Shown here: positions 26,620 through 37,044 of the stretch, one piece after another
How positions within the stretch are numbered: the first letter of the stretch is position 1
Layout: each line of letters opens with the position of its first letter
Assembly: GCA_016929955.1 (NCBI GenBank)
Contig: JAFGHU010000180.1
Location: 2,199-66,198 of the forward strand
Reading direction: 5' to 3'
Source: Bacteroidales bacterium
GTDB lineage: Bacteria > Bacteroidota > Bacteroidia > Bacteroidales > UBA12170
Length of the DNA: 64,000 nt
Position numbers and translations under genes: made by a program
Notes under the pieces: generated by a model
The model's database searches: none
Told to the model about the DNA's origin: nothing
What the model saw: only the letters and a program-made list of their open reading frames with translations

Positions 26620-27927
26620 TTATTGGTTAGCCCAATCGGCAATAAGTTTCATTCCTTTTATAACGGAAAAACAGCAGTTATCGATAAACTCTTCCGGAAG
26701 CTTTTCGTTTAAAGGAATTGTTTCGCTTAGTGCTAAAGCTTTTGCTCCATCAAAATTAACAAAAGCCAAACGTGCAACCAATGCTTCTTTTGGTAATAAG
26801 AAAGCTTCGCCGGGTAATATGGCGACGCCGGTTTCTTCTAATAAATTTTCACACAGCATAGTACTATTTGTAATTCCTCTGGCGTTTAATTTATCCGATA
26901 AAGGCGAAAAATCGAGAAACAGATAAAAACCGCCGTCGGGTGACTGAACGCGAATATTGGCCTTGCGGAGTATTCTCACACTTTTATCAGCAAGAAAAGA
27001 AAGGATTCTGCGCACATGCCAAAGATAGCGTTCGATTAAAATTCCACCTTTAAAAGCTCTTACCGCAGCAAATTGGATAGGAGCACTTACCGAAGTATAG
27101 GTTTCGCTTGCCACGGCAGCCATAGCATTCATAAGCCAATCAAAGTTAGGCGGAAAAGCAAAAGTCCCTAATCGCCATCCTCCGGCGCCACACCATTTTG
27201 ATAAACCTGAGCTGATTATCGTTCCTTCGGGATAAAAGCGTGCAATTGAAACATGCTTTCCTCTGAAATGCAATTGTCCATAAATTTCGTCTGAAAGAAT
27301 AATGAGTTCGTGCTTTCGAGCAATGTTGGCAATTTTTTTAAGATCATCTTCAGAATAGGTTCCTCCATCGGGATTAGAAGGATAATTAAGAATTAATAAG
27401 CGAGGTCTGAACTGATCGTTTTCCGTTTTTAGGAATTCTGTTAATTCTTTTGGCGTAATTCTCCATTTATTTTCAAAAGTAGTTGGAATGGATTTGATAT
27501 TTCGACCAATGATTTTTGCTTGCGGAGCATAAGAAACCCAGCTGGGTGTTGGCAATAGTAAGTCGCCATAATAAACCAATTGCAAAATAAACATCAACTC
27601 CTTAGAGCCCGGTCCTATAAGTACATTACCTGGTTTGATATCAACATTGTCTTTTTGACGATGAAAATGAGCCACGGCTTGTCGAAGAGATTCCAAACCT
27701 TTTACGTTTAAATAATCTTTTTCGTGGGCATGCATTTTTAAAGATTCAACCACGGGATTGGGAACGGGAAATGGCGATTGACCAAGTCCCATGCGATAAA
27801 TAGTCATGCCTTTGGCACTCAATTTCTTGCTCAACTCGTTAATAGCCAGGGTAGGCGATTGTCCTATTCCTCTTACATTCAGGTTTAAACTAATGTGTTT
27901 ATTGTTCTTTGCATGTCGATTATCCAT
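26620..27927 (-). CDS. Class I/II PLP-dependent aminotransferase (aspartate aminotransferase-like)
   Basis: NYPSNPDG, SDEIY and SGLSKW..GGWRLG motifs. Confidence 0.9.
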   Translation of the reverse strand: MDNRHAKNNKHISLNLNVRGIGQSPTLAINELSKKLSAKGMTIYRMGLGQSPFPVPNPVVESLKMHAHEKDYLNVKGLESLRQAVAHFHRQKDNVDIKPGNVLIGPGSKELMFILQLVYYGDLLLPTPSWVSYAPQAKIIGRNIKSIPTTFENKWRITPKELTEFLKTENDQFRPRLLILNYPSNPDGGTYSEDDLKKIANIARKHELIILSDEIYGQLHFRGKHVSIARFYPEGTIISSGLSKWCGAGGWRLGTFAFPPNFDWLMNAMAAVASETYTSVSAPIQFAAVRAFKGGILIERYLWHVRRILSFLADKSVRILRKANIRVQSPDGGFYLFLDFSPLSDKLNARGITNSTMLCENLLEETGVAILPGEAFLLPKEALVARLAFVNFDGAKALALSETIPLNEKLPEEFIDNCCFSVIKGMKLIADWANQ

Positions 27928-27992
27928 ATTTTTAATCGTTTTTTTTGAAATTATAAACCTCGCTCTGTAAATGAAATTTATTTAAGTGTGCT

Positions 27993-28235
27993 TTATTTTA
28001 TTTGATTTTTTTTGAAGTCCTGAAGAACAGCTAATGCGCGATCATAATCTTGACTGGAGACAATTACCTTAATCGGATTAGCTCCGCCACCAGCAGCATG
28101 CCAAGGAAAATTTGTGCCAATAATGTCATCTTTTAAATAACTTTCTATTTCGGCATTCTCTAGTAAACTTTTGAGCAAATCAGCCTCCCAAAGCGTTCCG
28201 GAAAAAAGCTCAACGGCTCTAATATCATCATTCAT
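27993..28235 (-). CDS. DUF2007 (putative signal transducing) protein
   Basis: FSGTLWEADLLKSLLENAEIES..KD, IKVIV...DYDRA. Confidence 0.75.
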   Translation of the reverse strand: MNDDIRAVELFSGTLWEADLLKSLLENAEIESYLKDDIIGTNFPWHAAGGGANPIKVIVSSQDYDRALAVLQDFKKNQIK

Positions 28236-28287
28236 ATTGCCTTATTTTTGTTTCGATAAAGATAAAAACAAACAGGGGATATGCCAA

Positions 28288-28893
28288 TTAAATCGATTGA
28301 TTAATTTCAGTGAAAATCAATTCGCTATTTTGGAGTGCGCGAAAGGAAAGCTTTTTATCAGACGGCACTTTTATTACAAGTAAATCGCCTTGGTGTATTT
28401 TCTCGTTTTTATTATTTAGTTCAATGCTGATTGTTCCCAAAAAGATATAAACAAACAAAGAGCTGTAACGTTTTGAAATTGAATAATTTAAAATTTTACT
28501 TTTCTCGATTTCATGTGCTTTAATTGAACCTGAAGTACCATTCCGTGTCATCAAATTAAAGTCGGTACATTTCCCTGCTGAAGTTGTTTTCCAGTCGCCT
28601 TCAAAGTTATCTACATCAAATTTATTGAGTTTTTTGGCGTATCTGTTTTCGTGTTTTATTTCTATGCTACCTTCTAAAATCATTATTTTTCTAGAAATAG
28701 CGGGTAATGAAGTAAAGGAAGAAATTTCCGATTCAACCTTGGCTGTGCTCAATCGAAAATCGAAATTCAGTTCTTTATATTGAGCATCGGAAGGTGAAAT
28801 GTAAAGTTGGGTACTTGTTCCGCCCGACCAAAGCGTAGTTTTAAATTCAGCGGCTCGAAGGATTTGAAAGTCAATACTAGGCATTTGAATCAT
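28288..28893 (-). CDS. HutD/Ves family protein
   Basis: WSGGTSTQL, FDFRLSTA, FTSLP...R and DFNLM motifs. Confidence 0.82.
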   Translation of the reverse strand: MIQMPSIDFQILRAAEFKTTLWSGGTSTQLYISPSDAQYKELNFDFRLSTAKVESEISSFTSLPAISRKIMILEGSIEIKHENRYAKKLNKFDVDNFEGDWKTTSAGKCTDFNLMTRNGTSGSIKAHEIEKSKILNYSISKRYSSLFVYIFLGTISIELNNKNEKIHQGDLLVIKVPSDKKLSFRALQNSELIFTEINQSI

Positions 28894-28895
28894 GT

Positions 28896-29609
28896 TTATT
28901 TCTCAATGCGCTTTAAAATATCGTTGAGCATTTCTATTTGAACCTTATGTATTTCGATGACTTCTTGTTGTTGACTGATAATGAGATGGTCGATTTTTTC
29001 GTGCAACATCCTGATTTCTAATTCCGATTTCAGGTTGATCATATAGTCTTTTTTACCTCTTTCGCGGTCTTTTTCTTCTTGACGATTTTGACTCATCATA
29101 ATGACCGGTGCTTGAACTGCAGCCAAACTGGATAAGATTAAATTTAGCAGAATAAAGGGGTAAGGGTCGAAGCCTTTATTCGCTAAAAAAACAATATTGA
29201 GCATAATCCATAACAGTAGAAAAACTGTAAAGGAGATGATAAAAGTCCAACTGCCTCCAAAAGATGCCACTTTATCCGCAATGCGTTGTCCAAAAGTCAT
29301 CGATTCGCCTTCGTCGTTATCTAGTTTGTCGGACAAGGTGTTTTTATCTTTTAACGAAAACAATACGGTATGGTCTAAATCGCTTAAACTGCCTAATTGA
29401 TTGGTTAAGAATTCTTCGACATATTTTTGGCGATAGTTGTTTAATTCGCTCATGGCCAAAAATTTGTCGGTCGTGAATTCAGGATTGTCTTTTTCAATCA
29501 ATTTAAAAATAGAGCTTCGAATTGTTTTACCTGAAACTCTTTCTTCTATTGGGAATTCGCTATTGGATAAATCGCTACGAAATATTTTTGCTTTTTTTGA
29601 TGTACTCAT
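28896..29609 (-). CDS. DUF1003 membrane protein
   Basis: FGGSWTFI, FDPYPFILLNL, QAPVIMMSQNRQ and LHEKID. Confidence 0.9.
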   Translation of the reverse strand: MSTSKKAKIFRSDLSNSEFPIEERVSGKTIRSSIFKLIEKDNPEFTTDKFLAMSELNNYRQKYVEEFLTNQLGSLSDLDHTVLFSLKDKNTLSDKLDNDEGESMTFGQRIADKVASFGGSWTFIISFTVFLLLWIMLNIVFLANKGFDPYPFILLNLILSSLAAVQAPVIMMSQNRQEEKDRERGKKDYMINLKSELEIRMLHEKIDHLIISQQQEVIEIHKVQIEMLNDILKRIEK

Positions 29610-29692
29610 TGTTAAGTTTAATGTTTTTGTAAATCCGCTATAAGCCTGTATATCAATGGCATATATTTAAAATGTATAACTAAGCACTGAAT

Positions 29693-29914
29693 TTACCATG
29701 TGCGCATATAATTCAGCATCACCCAAAAAAGGATAAATCCAAGAATGATTAAGTAGGTAAATAAATTACCGAAATTTAGCGTATAGCCTCTGTATTTATA
29801 CTTTTTGGGAACAAAGATTCTGGAGTCGGCCGGATTATAATAAAAGACGCCCTTCCAGTTTTTCGGGTCTTTATCGAGCAAATCGTAATTTCTTCTTTTT
29901 TTCTTTGCCTTCAT
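29693..29914 (-). CDS. DUF5808-like small membrane protein
   Basis: WKGVFYYNPADSRIFVPK...GYTLNFG plus a C-terminal TM. Confidence 0.75.
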   Translation of the reverse strand: MKAKKKRRNYDLLDKDPKNWKGVFYYNPADSRIFVPKKYKYRGYTLNFGNLFTYLIILGFILFWVMLNYMRTW

Positions 29915-30249
29915 TTTTCATTGTCTTTTCTCAAGATAAAGATAAGGATTACTCGTGAATTGTACAATTTAAGTTTTCTAAATCCAAATTTCCAAGATTC
30001 GCTGGTTTACGCTGAAGTATATATCCAGTTGATGGGGTAAATTCTTATATCTCTACCGGACATAATAAACCCGTAATACACTATCAATCAATAGCGTGTA
30101 ATTTCATAATAGTCGGTAAAGCGACCTATTTTTAGTGGAATAATTAGTCAGTTCCGGTGCAAAGTACCAGTGATAAATACAAAATCTCAACGATTGCTTA
30201 AATCGAGAAATGTAAGAAAATAGTGGTTTAAATCCAGAATGAAAAAGAA

Positions 30250-30873
30250 TTAATGTTTCTCTGCAGGAGAATAGGGCAAATGCGAGTCGTGTAATATGAT
30301 CTTTAATTTACCCTCTTCATTTTTGGTATAAGCAAAAGAATATTCGACTTTAACTTCCTCTCCACCTTGTTGGGGAGTAAAATAATAATTGCCCATTGCA
30401 ACAGCAATATTCCCTATGATTTTAGTTCCGATATTTTCCCAGCGAACACTAGACCAGGGCTTTATGGCGAAACCGTGATCTTCGGAATAGTTTTCATTTC
30501 CAGCTACAAAATAAGATAGAGCACCTTCTAAATCTGTTCTGAATTGCTTTTCCGATGCCATAGTTGGCTTAAACAAAACATAACCTTGGTCGTAATAATA
30601 AAAATCATTGATATGGTTAAGTGCTGCAGTAGTGTAATCTCCGTCTTCAAGATACACTTTTCCTATTTTTACAATTCCTTCACCCCAGGCTTTTTGTGCA
30701 TCCAAAACTTCTTGCTCGGTAATAGTGGCTTCCGATTGCGTTTGATTTAAAGCTTGTGCTTGCTGATCCTGAGGCTTTTGATTGCAGGATGTAAAGCCCA
30801 AAGTCAATAAAACCGCTAAAATTGTAAGGTTAATAGGGACATTAAAATTAATTTTTAATTTTTTTGTTTTCAT
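30250..30873 (-). CDS. COG4337-like lipoprotein, putative iota-class carbonic anhydrase
   Basis: Lipobox FTSC; AQKAWGEG, VLFKPT, GALSYFV, GFA..PW..VR, AMGNYYF, KVEYSF and LHDSHLPY (HHSS-like). Confidence 0.65.
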   Translation of the reverse strand: MKTKKLKINFNVPINLTILAVLLTLGFTSCNQKPQDQQAQALNQTQSEATITEQEVLDAQKAWGEGIVKIGKVYLEDGDYTTAALNHINDFYYYDQGYVLFKPTMASEKQFRTDLEGALSYFVAGNENYSEDHGFAIKPWSSVRWENIGTKIIGNIAVAMGNYYFTPQQGGEEVKVEYSFAYTKNEEGKLKIILHDSHLPYSPAEKH

Positions 30874-31457
30874 TTTTTTAGGTTTAGTATTTTCTCTACT
30901 CTTTTAAGGATTTTTGAGAATCTCCTGTTTTTCGGTATATTCGATTCATTGTATTGCCTTTCTTCTTTGCATGGCTAAATTTCTACCAAAGATACAAAAG
31001 CAAGCCAAAATTGATGGTTGGGATCAATCATTGTCTGAATTTTGGATGAAAAAATGTAATTTTCTTGGGTCAAATCGGAATTTATGGGCTTTAAATTAAT
31101 ATTTTCTCTGGCTTATTTACCGCCATTGGCTATTTTGTTTTGGTAAAGATAAGTATTGCCATGGAAGAGTATATATAGAGTTTTACAAAACCGAAGTGGA
31201 ATATCTGTTTGATTAAAAATCGCTGCAAATCATATAAGTATTAAATGGAAAAAATTTCAAAAATAACTTGTAGTGCACACTATATGAATAGAATATAGTT
31301 AATAAGGTATGGATTAAGAGCATAATATTTGATGGGAGGAAAGAAATGTTTATACAAAATCATTTCTGAAGGTTAAATGGTAAGTTTTTTGCGTTTTTAA
31401 TTTTGTTTTTCCAATAGATGTTTATTAAGCCCGAAAATTTTGCAGAAAAAATTTCTA

Positions 31458-31477
31458 ATAATTGATATATCAATTAT
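31458..31477. promoter_or_regulatory. Perfect 20-bp palindrome, putative MarR operator overlapping the -7 promoter box
   Basis: ataattgatatatcaattat overlaps TATATTTG (31475-31482), 22 nt before the marR ATG. Confidence 0.7.
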
Positions 31478-31498
31478 ATTTGTATCAAATATAGAATT

Positions 31499-31927
31499 AT
31501 GAAAGTGCCCTCAAAAACCATATTTTTTACGATTGAGAAAACGATAAAGCGTTACCGAAAATTTTCGAAAGATAATTTCTTAAAAGTGCTTGATGATATT
31601 ACAATCGATCAAAAATTAATATTGCAATACCTCAACGATTATCCGGAATTGAGTCAGAAGGAAATCGCCGAATTGGTATTTAAAGACAACGCCTCTTTAA
31701 CCCGTATGATTGATAGTATGGTGAATAAGAAAATACTTTACCGAACCATCAACGATGGGGATAGAAGAAGGTATAAACTTAAGATTACGGCCAAAGGAAA
31801 AGAAATTTTAGACAAACTAGCGCCTGTAATCATCGAAAATAGAAGAAGGGCACTGGCAAATATAACGGTTGAAGAAATGGTTCAGCTCGAAAAAACATTA
31901 AATAAAATACTATCAAACCTTGAATAA
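31499..31927 (+). CDS. MarR family transcriptional regulator
   Basis: LSQKEIAE..KDNASLTRMID, DRRRYKLKITAKG. Confidence 0.92.
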   Translation: MKVPSKTIFFTIEKTIKRYRKFSKDNFLKVLDDITIDQKLILQYLNDYPELSQKEIAELVFKDNASLTRMIDSMVNKKILYRTINDGDRRRYKLKITAKGKEILDKLAPVIIENRRRALANITVEEMVQLEKTLNKILSNLE

Positions 31928-31930
31928 ATT

Positions 31931-33016
31931 ATGAGAAAAATAAAAAACGGCTTAATTGTATTGCTTTTTACAGCGTTTTCGTTTGGCATTTGCAAAGCAC
32001 AAGTTTATCCGGACAACAGTTGGATTAACGCCGAAAACCCAATCGCAATGGGATGGGGAGAATCTGAGCGTTCAGCATTTATGCATTATTTAATTGATAG
32101 CACGCATATTACGGGATTGCTGATTATACAGCAAGGAAAAATAGTGTTTGAGTATGGCGATATTGAGGAAAATAGTTATATCGCATCGTGCAGAAAAAGC
32201 GTGCTTGCTTTATTGTATGGAAAATATGTAGAAAATGGTACAATTAAGCTCGACAAAACGCTTGGAGAGTTAAGTATTAACGACGTATCCGAATTACTTC
32301 CTATCGAAAAAACAGCAAAAATCAGCGATGTGATTTCAGCCCGATCGGGTGTTTATTTGCATGGATCTAATGGAGGTGATCTTCGGAGTTTTGCGCCTGA
32401 AAGAGGCACGGTTAAGCCTGGAGAACATTGGCTATACAGCAATTGGGATTTTAATGTTGCCGGATATATCTTCGAACAAGAAACAAAAAAATCGATCTTC
32501 GATGAAGTTGAAACACAGCTCGCTATACCTTTGCATATGGAGGATTGGGACAAATCGCTTCAACAGAAAATGGGCAATTATGAGGTATCAAAATTCCCGG
32601 CTTACCATATGTGGTTTTCTACCAGAGATATGGCTCGTATTGGTTTGCTTATGCTACGAAAAGGCCAATGGAAAGGCCAACAAATTATCCCGGAATTTTG
32701 GATAAACGAAATAGTCGCACAGCGGACATCCTATAGCGAAGCCCAAAAAAGCGCGCCTGTTTTAAAAAAAGATGGATTGGATTTGGGCTACGGATATATG
32801 TGGTGGCTGATAGAAAATACGAATGATTATAGAATGAAAAATGCGTTTTCAGCACAAGGTGCTATTGGTCAGAATATTACGGTTTTTCCGGAGATTGATG
32901 TTGTAGTGGCTTATAAAACCAAAAGTATCTATCGCAGGAGAAACTCGATTCAAACGCAAATGGAAATCTTAAAAAAAGCAATAGAAATGTATCACCCGAA
33001 AACGAATAATTTATAG
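31931..33016 (+). CDS. Secreted serine hydrolase, beta-lactamase/AmpC-like family
   Basis: Signal peptide, SCRK (SxxK), YSN, RDMARIG and YGYMWW. Confidence 0.88.
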   Translation: MRKIKNGLIVLLFTAFSFGICKAQVYPDNSWINAENPIAMGWGESERSAFMHYLIDSTHITGLLIIQQGKIVFEYGDIEENSYIASCRKSVLALLYGKYVENGTIKLDKTLGELSINDVSELLPIEKTAKISDVISARSGVYLHGSNGGDLRSFAPERGTVKPGEHWLYSNWDFNVAGYIFEQETKKSIFDEVETQLAIPLHMEDWDKSLQQKMGNYEVSKFPAYHMWFSTRDMARIGLLMLRKGQWKGQQIIPEFWINEIVAQRTSYSEAQKSAPVLKKDGLDLGYGYMWWLIENTNDYRMKNAFSAQGAIGQNITVFPEIDVVVAYKTKSIYRRRNSIQTQMEILKKAIEMYHPKTNNL

Positions 33017-33032
33017 GTTTTAATATTTGATT

Positions 33033-33749
33033 ATGAGAACAATCAAACTACTATTTGTATTCATTATTATAGCAACAAGCGTGACTGCACAAGAAAATAA
33101 TATCAGTGAAAAACAAGGATCAAAAAAAGACAATTTGCGCGATAGAAACTATCTTATTGCATTTTTGGATACCATTTGGCATGCAGAACAAGACCCAATC
33201 AGATCACGCGATGCGATGATCGAAAAATATGGTGCTGATTCGGAACAAATGGAGCATTTTCAAAAAATATACAAGAAAAACCATGTGGAGAATGAAAGAA
33301 AAATTAGATATCTTTTAGATACTTATGGTTGGCCTGAAAAAGAGTTGAGCGGCGATATGGGCAACTGGACCATTTGTAATGTTATTCAACATGCCGATAA
33401 TGACATCCGTTTAAAATACTTGCCTATGATGAGACAAGCGGTTGCCGACAAAAGATTAGAAGCCAGATTTTTAGTTAGAGCAGAAGATAGAATAGCCACA
33501 GAACGAGGCGATTTGCAGATTTACGGTGGGCAAATGAAATATTATCCCGAAACAAAAACATTTAATGTTTGGCCTGTTTACGATCCCGTTAATATCGACA
33601 AACGACGTGCAAAATTAGGACTTGAACCCATAGCTCCCTTTCTGAAAAGAAGATTTAATTTTGAATGGAATCTGGAAGAACAGCTAAAAAGAACGGAAGC
33701 TTTTGAGAAAGAAAAGCAAAACAAAAAGAAAGAGATCAATGCAAACTAA
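33033..33749 (+). CDS. DUF6624-domain secreted protein
   Basis: DQ..R, YGWP, IQHA, EDR...QIYGGQ, DP..IDKRRAKLGLEP. Confidence 0.78.
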   Translation: MRTIKLLFVFIIIATSVTAQENNISEKQGSKKDNLRDRNYLIAFLDTIWHAEQDPIRSRDAMIEKYGADSEQMEHFQKIYKKNHVENERKIRYLLDTYGWPEKELSGDMGNWTICNVIQHADNDIRLKYLPMMRQAVADKRLEARFLVRAEDRIATERGDLQIYGGQMKYYPETKTFNVWPVYDPVNIDKRRAKLGLEPIAPFLKRRFNFEWNLEEQLKRTEAFEKEKQNKKKEINAN

Positions 33750-33807
33750 ACTGATCTTTATTCAATGGCTTGAGTTTTAAATCTCCTTACATCAAATTTA
33801 GCATACT

Positions 33808-33844
33808 AAAAAGCCCAAAAGAAATTAGCTTTCTCTTGGGCTTT
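33808..33844. terminator. Bidirectional terminator between the convergent DUF6624 genes
   Basis: aaaaagcccaa...ttgggcttt. Confidence 0.7.
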
Positions 33845-33865
33845 AATTGTTTTAAACGCTGATTG

Positions 33866-34792
33866 CTATTGCTTTTGAGGCAAATCCCAATTCATATCAA
33901 ATCGTGCTTTTAAATAGGGTTTTAATGGACCCAAACCTATTTCTGCTCTGCGTTTGTCGACATATTCCGGATCTTTTATTGGGTAAAGCTCACGCTTCAG
34001 ATTGTCAAGTCTGATTTGTGTGCCATACAACTGTTCTTTTCCTTCTTCAACCAATAAGCGATCGCGCATTTTGGCATAGCGAAGCGCTTGAGCTTCTCCT
34101 TTTTTAAAGGCTTCTTCCAAAAGCGGGAAATATTTTGCTCTAAGTTCATAATTTGTATGATTGATGATAAGTGCAGCTCCTGCAGCGGCATATTCAGTCA
34201 CTTCTGATGCCGTTGGCCAGCCGTATTTATCAAAAAGTTCCAAAAGCATCGCTGTATTTTCCTGCTTGTTTTTTTCTTCCATATATAGAACCGGGAATAT
34301 GGCCGGCGTGCTAAAATAGCCTCCGTTTTCGATGAATTTTTTGCGTTCTATATTTCCTGCATACATAAACCCTTGGTCTTTAATAATCATCCTAAACAAA
34401 GCCTTTGCAAATGCTTTGTTTTTGATAGGGCCATTTTTAGCTTCGTATTTTCGAATTTGCTCATTTTCAATAGTTTCCCATTTTGGATTGTCGATAATAC
34501 TTAAAAAATCAGGATCGTATAAAGCCTTTAAAGAAGAGTCGTTTTTAAGCGCTATATTTAAGAAATAAAAGCAGGTGTCGCTCATTGGTGCGCTCCATAA
34601 AAGAGCCGTAGTTGATGCGATTTTATACGACACTTCGGCTGTTGGATGCGCTGCCATCGATTGGGCATAGTTCATCAGTGCAGGCATTAGCAACCCCTCT
34701 TTTTTGAGGCTATCGCCCAAAAGTGTATAGTCTTGTCCGTAGGCAAACTGCATAAGGACAAGCGTTAAGAAAAGTGTATATAGTTTTCTCAT
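33866..34792 (-). CDS. DUF6624-domain secreted protein
   Basis: Signal peptide; DQ, YGWP, DRLL...QLYGTQ and DP..VDKRRAEIGLGPL. Confidence 0.78.
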   Translation of the reverse strand: MRKLYTLFLTLVLMQFAYGQDYTLLGDSLKKEGLLMPALMNYAQSMAAHPTAEVSYKIASTTALLWSAPMSDTCFYFLNIALKNDSSLKALYDPDFLSIIDNPKWETIENEQIRKYEAKNGPIKNKAFAKALFRMIIKDQGFMYAGNIERKKFIENGGYFSTPAIFPVLYMEEKNKQENTAMLLELFDKYGWPTASEVTEYAAAGAALIINHTNYELRAKYFPLLEEAFKKGEAQALRYAKMRDRLLVEEGKEQLYGTQIRLDNLKRELYPIKDPEYVDKRRAEIGLGPLKPYLKARFDMNWDLPQKQ

Positions 34793-34861
34793 TTTGTAAG
34801 GTTTTTTAGTTATTATTAAATAAGAATGGATTAAAATATATGTTTTTGGCGATACAATTTT

Positions 34862-35698
34862 CTATTCCTTATCGTTATTGTAGATATATTTAAAGCCTTT
34901 ATATAAAGCGATTAAAGGAACAGATCTGTGGTCTTCTTCTTCAAAATATTCTATTTCGACATTTAACTTTCCATCAGACTTCTTTTTCAATAATGCAAAA
35001 AGCATGTCGTGTCTTTTTTTATTTCTTTCGTAATTTCGTTCTCCTTGATTTGCTGTTGCGATATATAATTTTTTATTCAGCACTATTGGAGAAATAGTAT
35101 CAATTTTAGCCTGCATCATTTCTGCATCCCACCAAATACTGGGGTCGATGACTAGAAAAGCATCAAAAATGCTGTTTTTATCCATATACGAATTTAAGGC
35201 AAGAAGACCACCTAAAGAATGACCGACGAGCGTTCTGAACGTTTCTGTTCTATAGTGCTCATCGATATATGGAAAAAGTTCCTGTTCGATAAATCGTAAG
35301 AAGTCTCTTCCTCCGCCCATTGTATTTGCGCGTTTGGTCTTTATCTTTGTTACAGTAAAATCGTGCTCGCGATCGTTATTTTCAATGGCTATCAAAATAG
35401 CTTCTGGCATATCATAATATCGATTTCGGGCTGAACTCATAAAATGGATAGTCGCAGCCGCAGTTTTAAAATAAGTATATCCATCCAGCAAAATGACAAC
35501 GGGATAGTGTTTTTCGATATTAGCTTCATCGTAGTACGAATCAGGAAGACTGATTAAACAAGTTCTTTCTTCATTTACTATTTTCGAGTGGATTTTAAAC
35601 GATTTTCCAAGGCTAATTTCTGTATTCTCCTGAGCACTTAAAACACTAACAGAAAAAAGCAGTACGCCAATGAAGATGCTGATTTTATTTATCATCAT
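34862..35698 (-). CDS. Alpha/beta hydrolase (IroE/BesA-like esterase)
   Basis: YPVVILLDG, GHSLGG nucleophile elbow, EDH. Confidence 0.85.
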   Translation of the reverse strand: MMINKISIFIGVLLFSVSVLSAQENTEISLGKSFKIHSKIVNEERTCLISLPDSYYDEANIEKHYPVVILLDGYTYFKTAAATIHFMSSARNRYYDMPEAILIAIENNDREHDFTVTKIKTKRANTMGGGRDFLRFIEQELFPYIDEHYRTETFRTLVGHSLGGLLALNSYMDKNSIFDAFLVIDPSIWWDAEMMQAKIDTISPIVLNKKLYIATANQGERNYERNKKRHDMLFALLKKKSDGKLNVEIEYFEEEDHRSVPLIALYKGFKYIYNNDKE

Positions 35699-35769
35699 AA
35701 AAAAATTAATTCTTAGTTTTTTATTGTTTTTTTGAGGTTTTAGCTTGCATTAGCTTTGCACACTTCACT

Positions 35770-36960
35770 CTATTTTTTACTTAGTCTTTTGATCTGATTT
35801 TCAAACTCTAATTCTCTTTTATAATTGTACTTTTTGGAGGTTTCAATCGCTTGTTTATAAACTGAAATAGCCTCTTCGATCTTTTTATCTAGTTCTAAAG
35901 TATTTGCTAACAAATTCATTAATCCAACATCAAAAGGATAAGCTTCCACGCTTCTTTTAAGAACCGTAATGGCTTCCTGATATTTTTCTTTTTCTCTCAA
36001 ACTCAAGGCTAAACCAACATAGGCTTCTGCAGCTTGTTTCGCCGATTTCCCATACTTATTTATAATATAGTTTTCGTGATTCAGAAACTTTATGTCGCTG
36101 TAATTTTCATAGATGTCTTCAGGAAATGTCATATCGGAAAAGACATATTTTAATCCATAATAATTGGATAATAAAGTGGATGACATATGTCCTTCTTTTT
36201 CAATTTCTTTGTGCTCAAAACGTAATTCGTCGGGTTTGTTATCAGTAATAACATTCACAAAGTTTTTTAATTCTTTGCGCATACCATAATCTGTTCCGGA
36301 TTCGTAAGTACCAATACCAAAAAACAGGGCTTTATTTAAATCGTGATTTTCTTTGAAAAAGGATTTCGCTTTTTGCGTTAATTCCTCTCCATTCCACCAC
36401 ATGGCAGGGCTCATAATGATAAAAGCATCGAATAAATCAGGCTTTTCGATTAGCGTTGTAGCCGCGAATAACCCGCCTAAAGAATGACCTTCCAAAACTT
36501 TAAAAGAGTTGGTTCTATAATTTGTATTGACGTAGGGGATCAATTCTTTTTCTATAAACTCCAGAAAATTTTTTCCTCCACCACTTCCAGGATTATTTTC
36601 GCTTATGGAAAACGTAAAATCACGCAAGCGATTGGTGCTTTCAATCCCTACAATTATTAGCGGTGGGATACTCCCTGTTCTTGCCAAGACTTCTGTTGTG
36701 CCCATTACATGCCATATATTTTGTAAGCCATCGGTTAAATAAAGTACGGGATAATGTGCACCTGAAGTCGCATAATCTTTGGGCAATGCAATTATTACAG
36801 GTCGATCTTCGTTTAAAAACTTTGATTTTATATAGTACTTGGTTCCTATAGTTAGTTCCGTGGGATTTTGCTCTTTTTTTGAGTTTTCAATATTGCTTTT
36901 CGATTGAAATCCCGAGGATAAAACTAGGAAAAGTAGACTATTTATTATTAGTTTAATCAT
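35770..36960 (-). CDS. Alpha/beta hydrolase (esterase) with C-terminal TPR
   Basis: YPVLYLTDG, GHSLGG and EGH; C-terminal TPR-like helices. Confidence 0.85.
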   Translation of the reverse strand: MIKLIINSLLFLVLSSGFQSKSNIENSKKEQNPTELTIGTKYYIKSKFLNEDRPVIIALPKDYATSGAHYPVLYLTDGLQNIWHVMGTTEVLARTGSIPPLIIVGIESTNRLRDFTFSISENNPGSGGGKNFLEFIEKELIPYVNTNYRTNSFKVLEGHSLGGLFAATTLIEKPDLFDAFIIMSPAMWWNGEELTQKAKSFFKENHDLNKALFFGIGTYESGTDYGMRKELKNFVNVITDNKPDELRFEHKEIEKEGHMSSTLLSNYYGLKYVFSDMTFPEDIYENYSDIKFLNHENYIINKYGKSAKQAAEAYVGLALSLREKEKYQEAITVLKRSVEAYPFDVGLMNLLANTLELDKKIEEAISVYKQAIETSKKYNYKRELEFENQIKRLSKK

Positions 36961-37044
36961 TATATTGTTGTTTTAGATTCTTAGAATAAGTTCTGTTTTT
37001 GGAAATTAAGGTGAATGCGTTTATGCTCCATTATTTGATATTTT

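Noticed and set aside
29915-30249. Possible pseudogene remnant
   Set aside because: Frames inspected are interrupted and no family is recognisable without a search.
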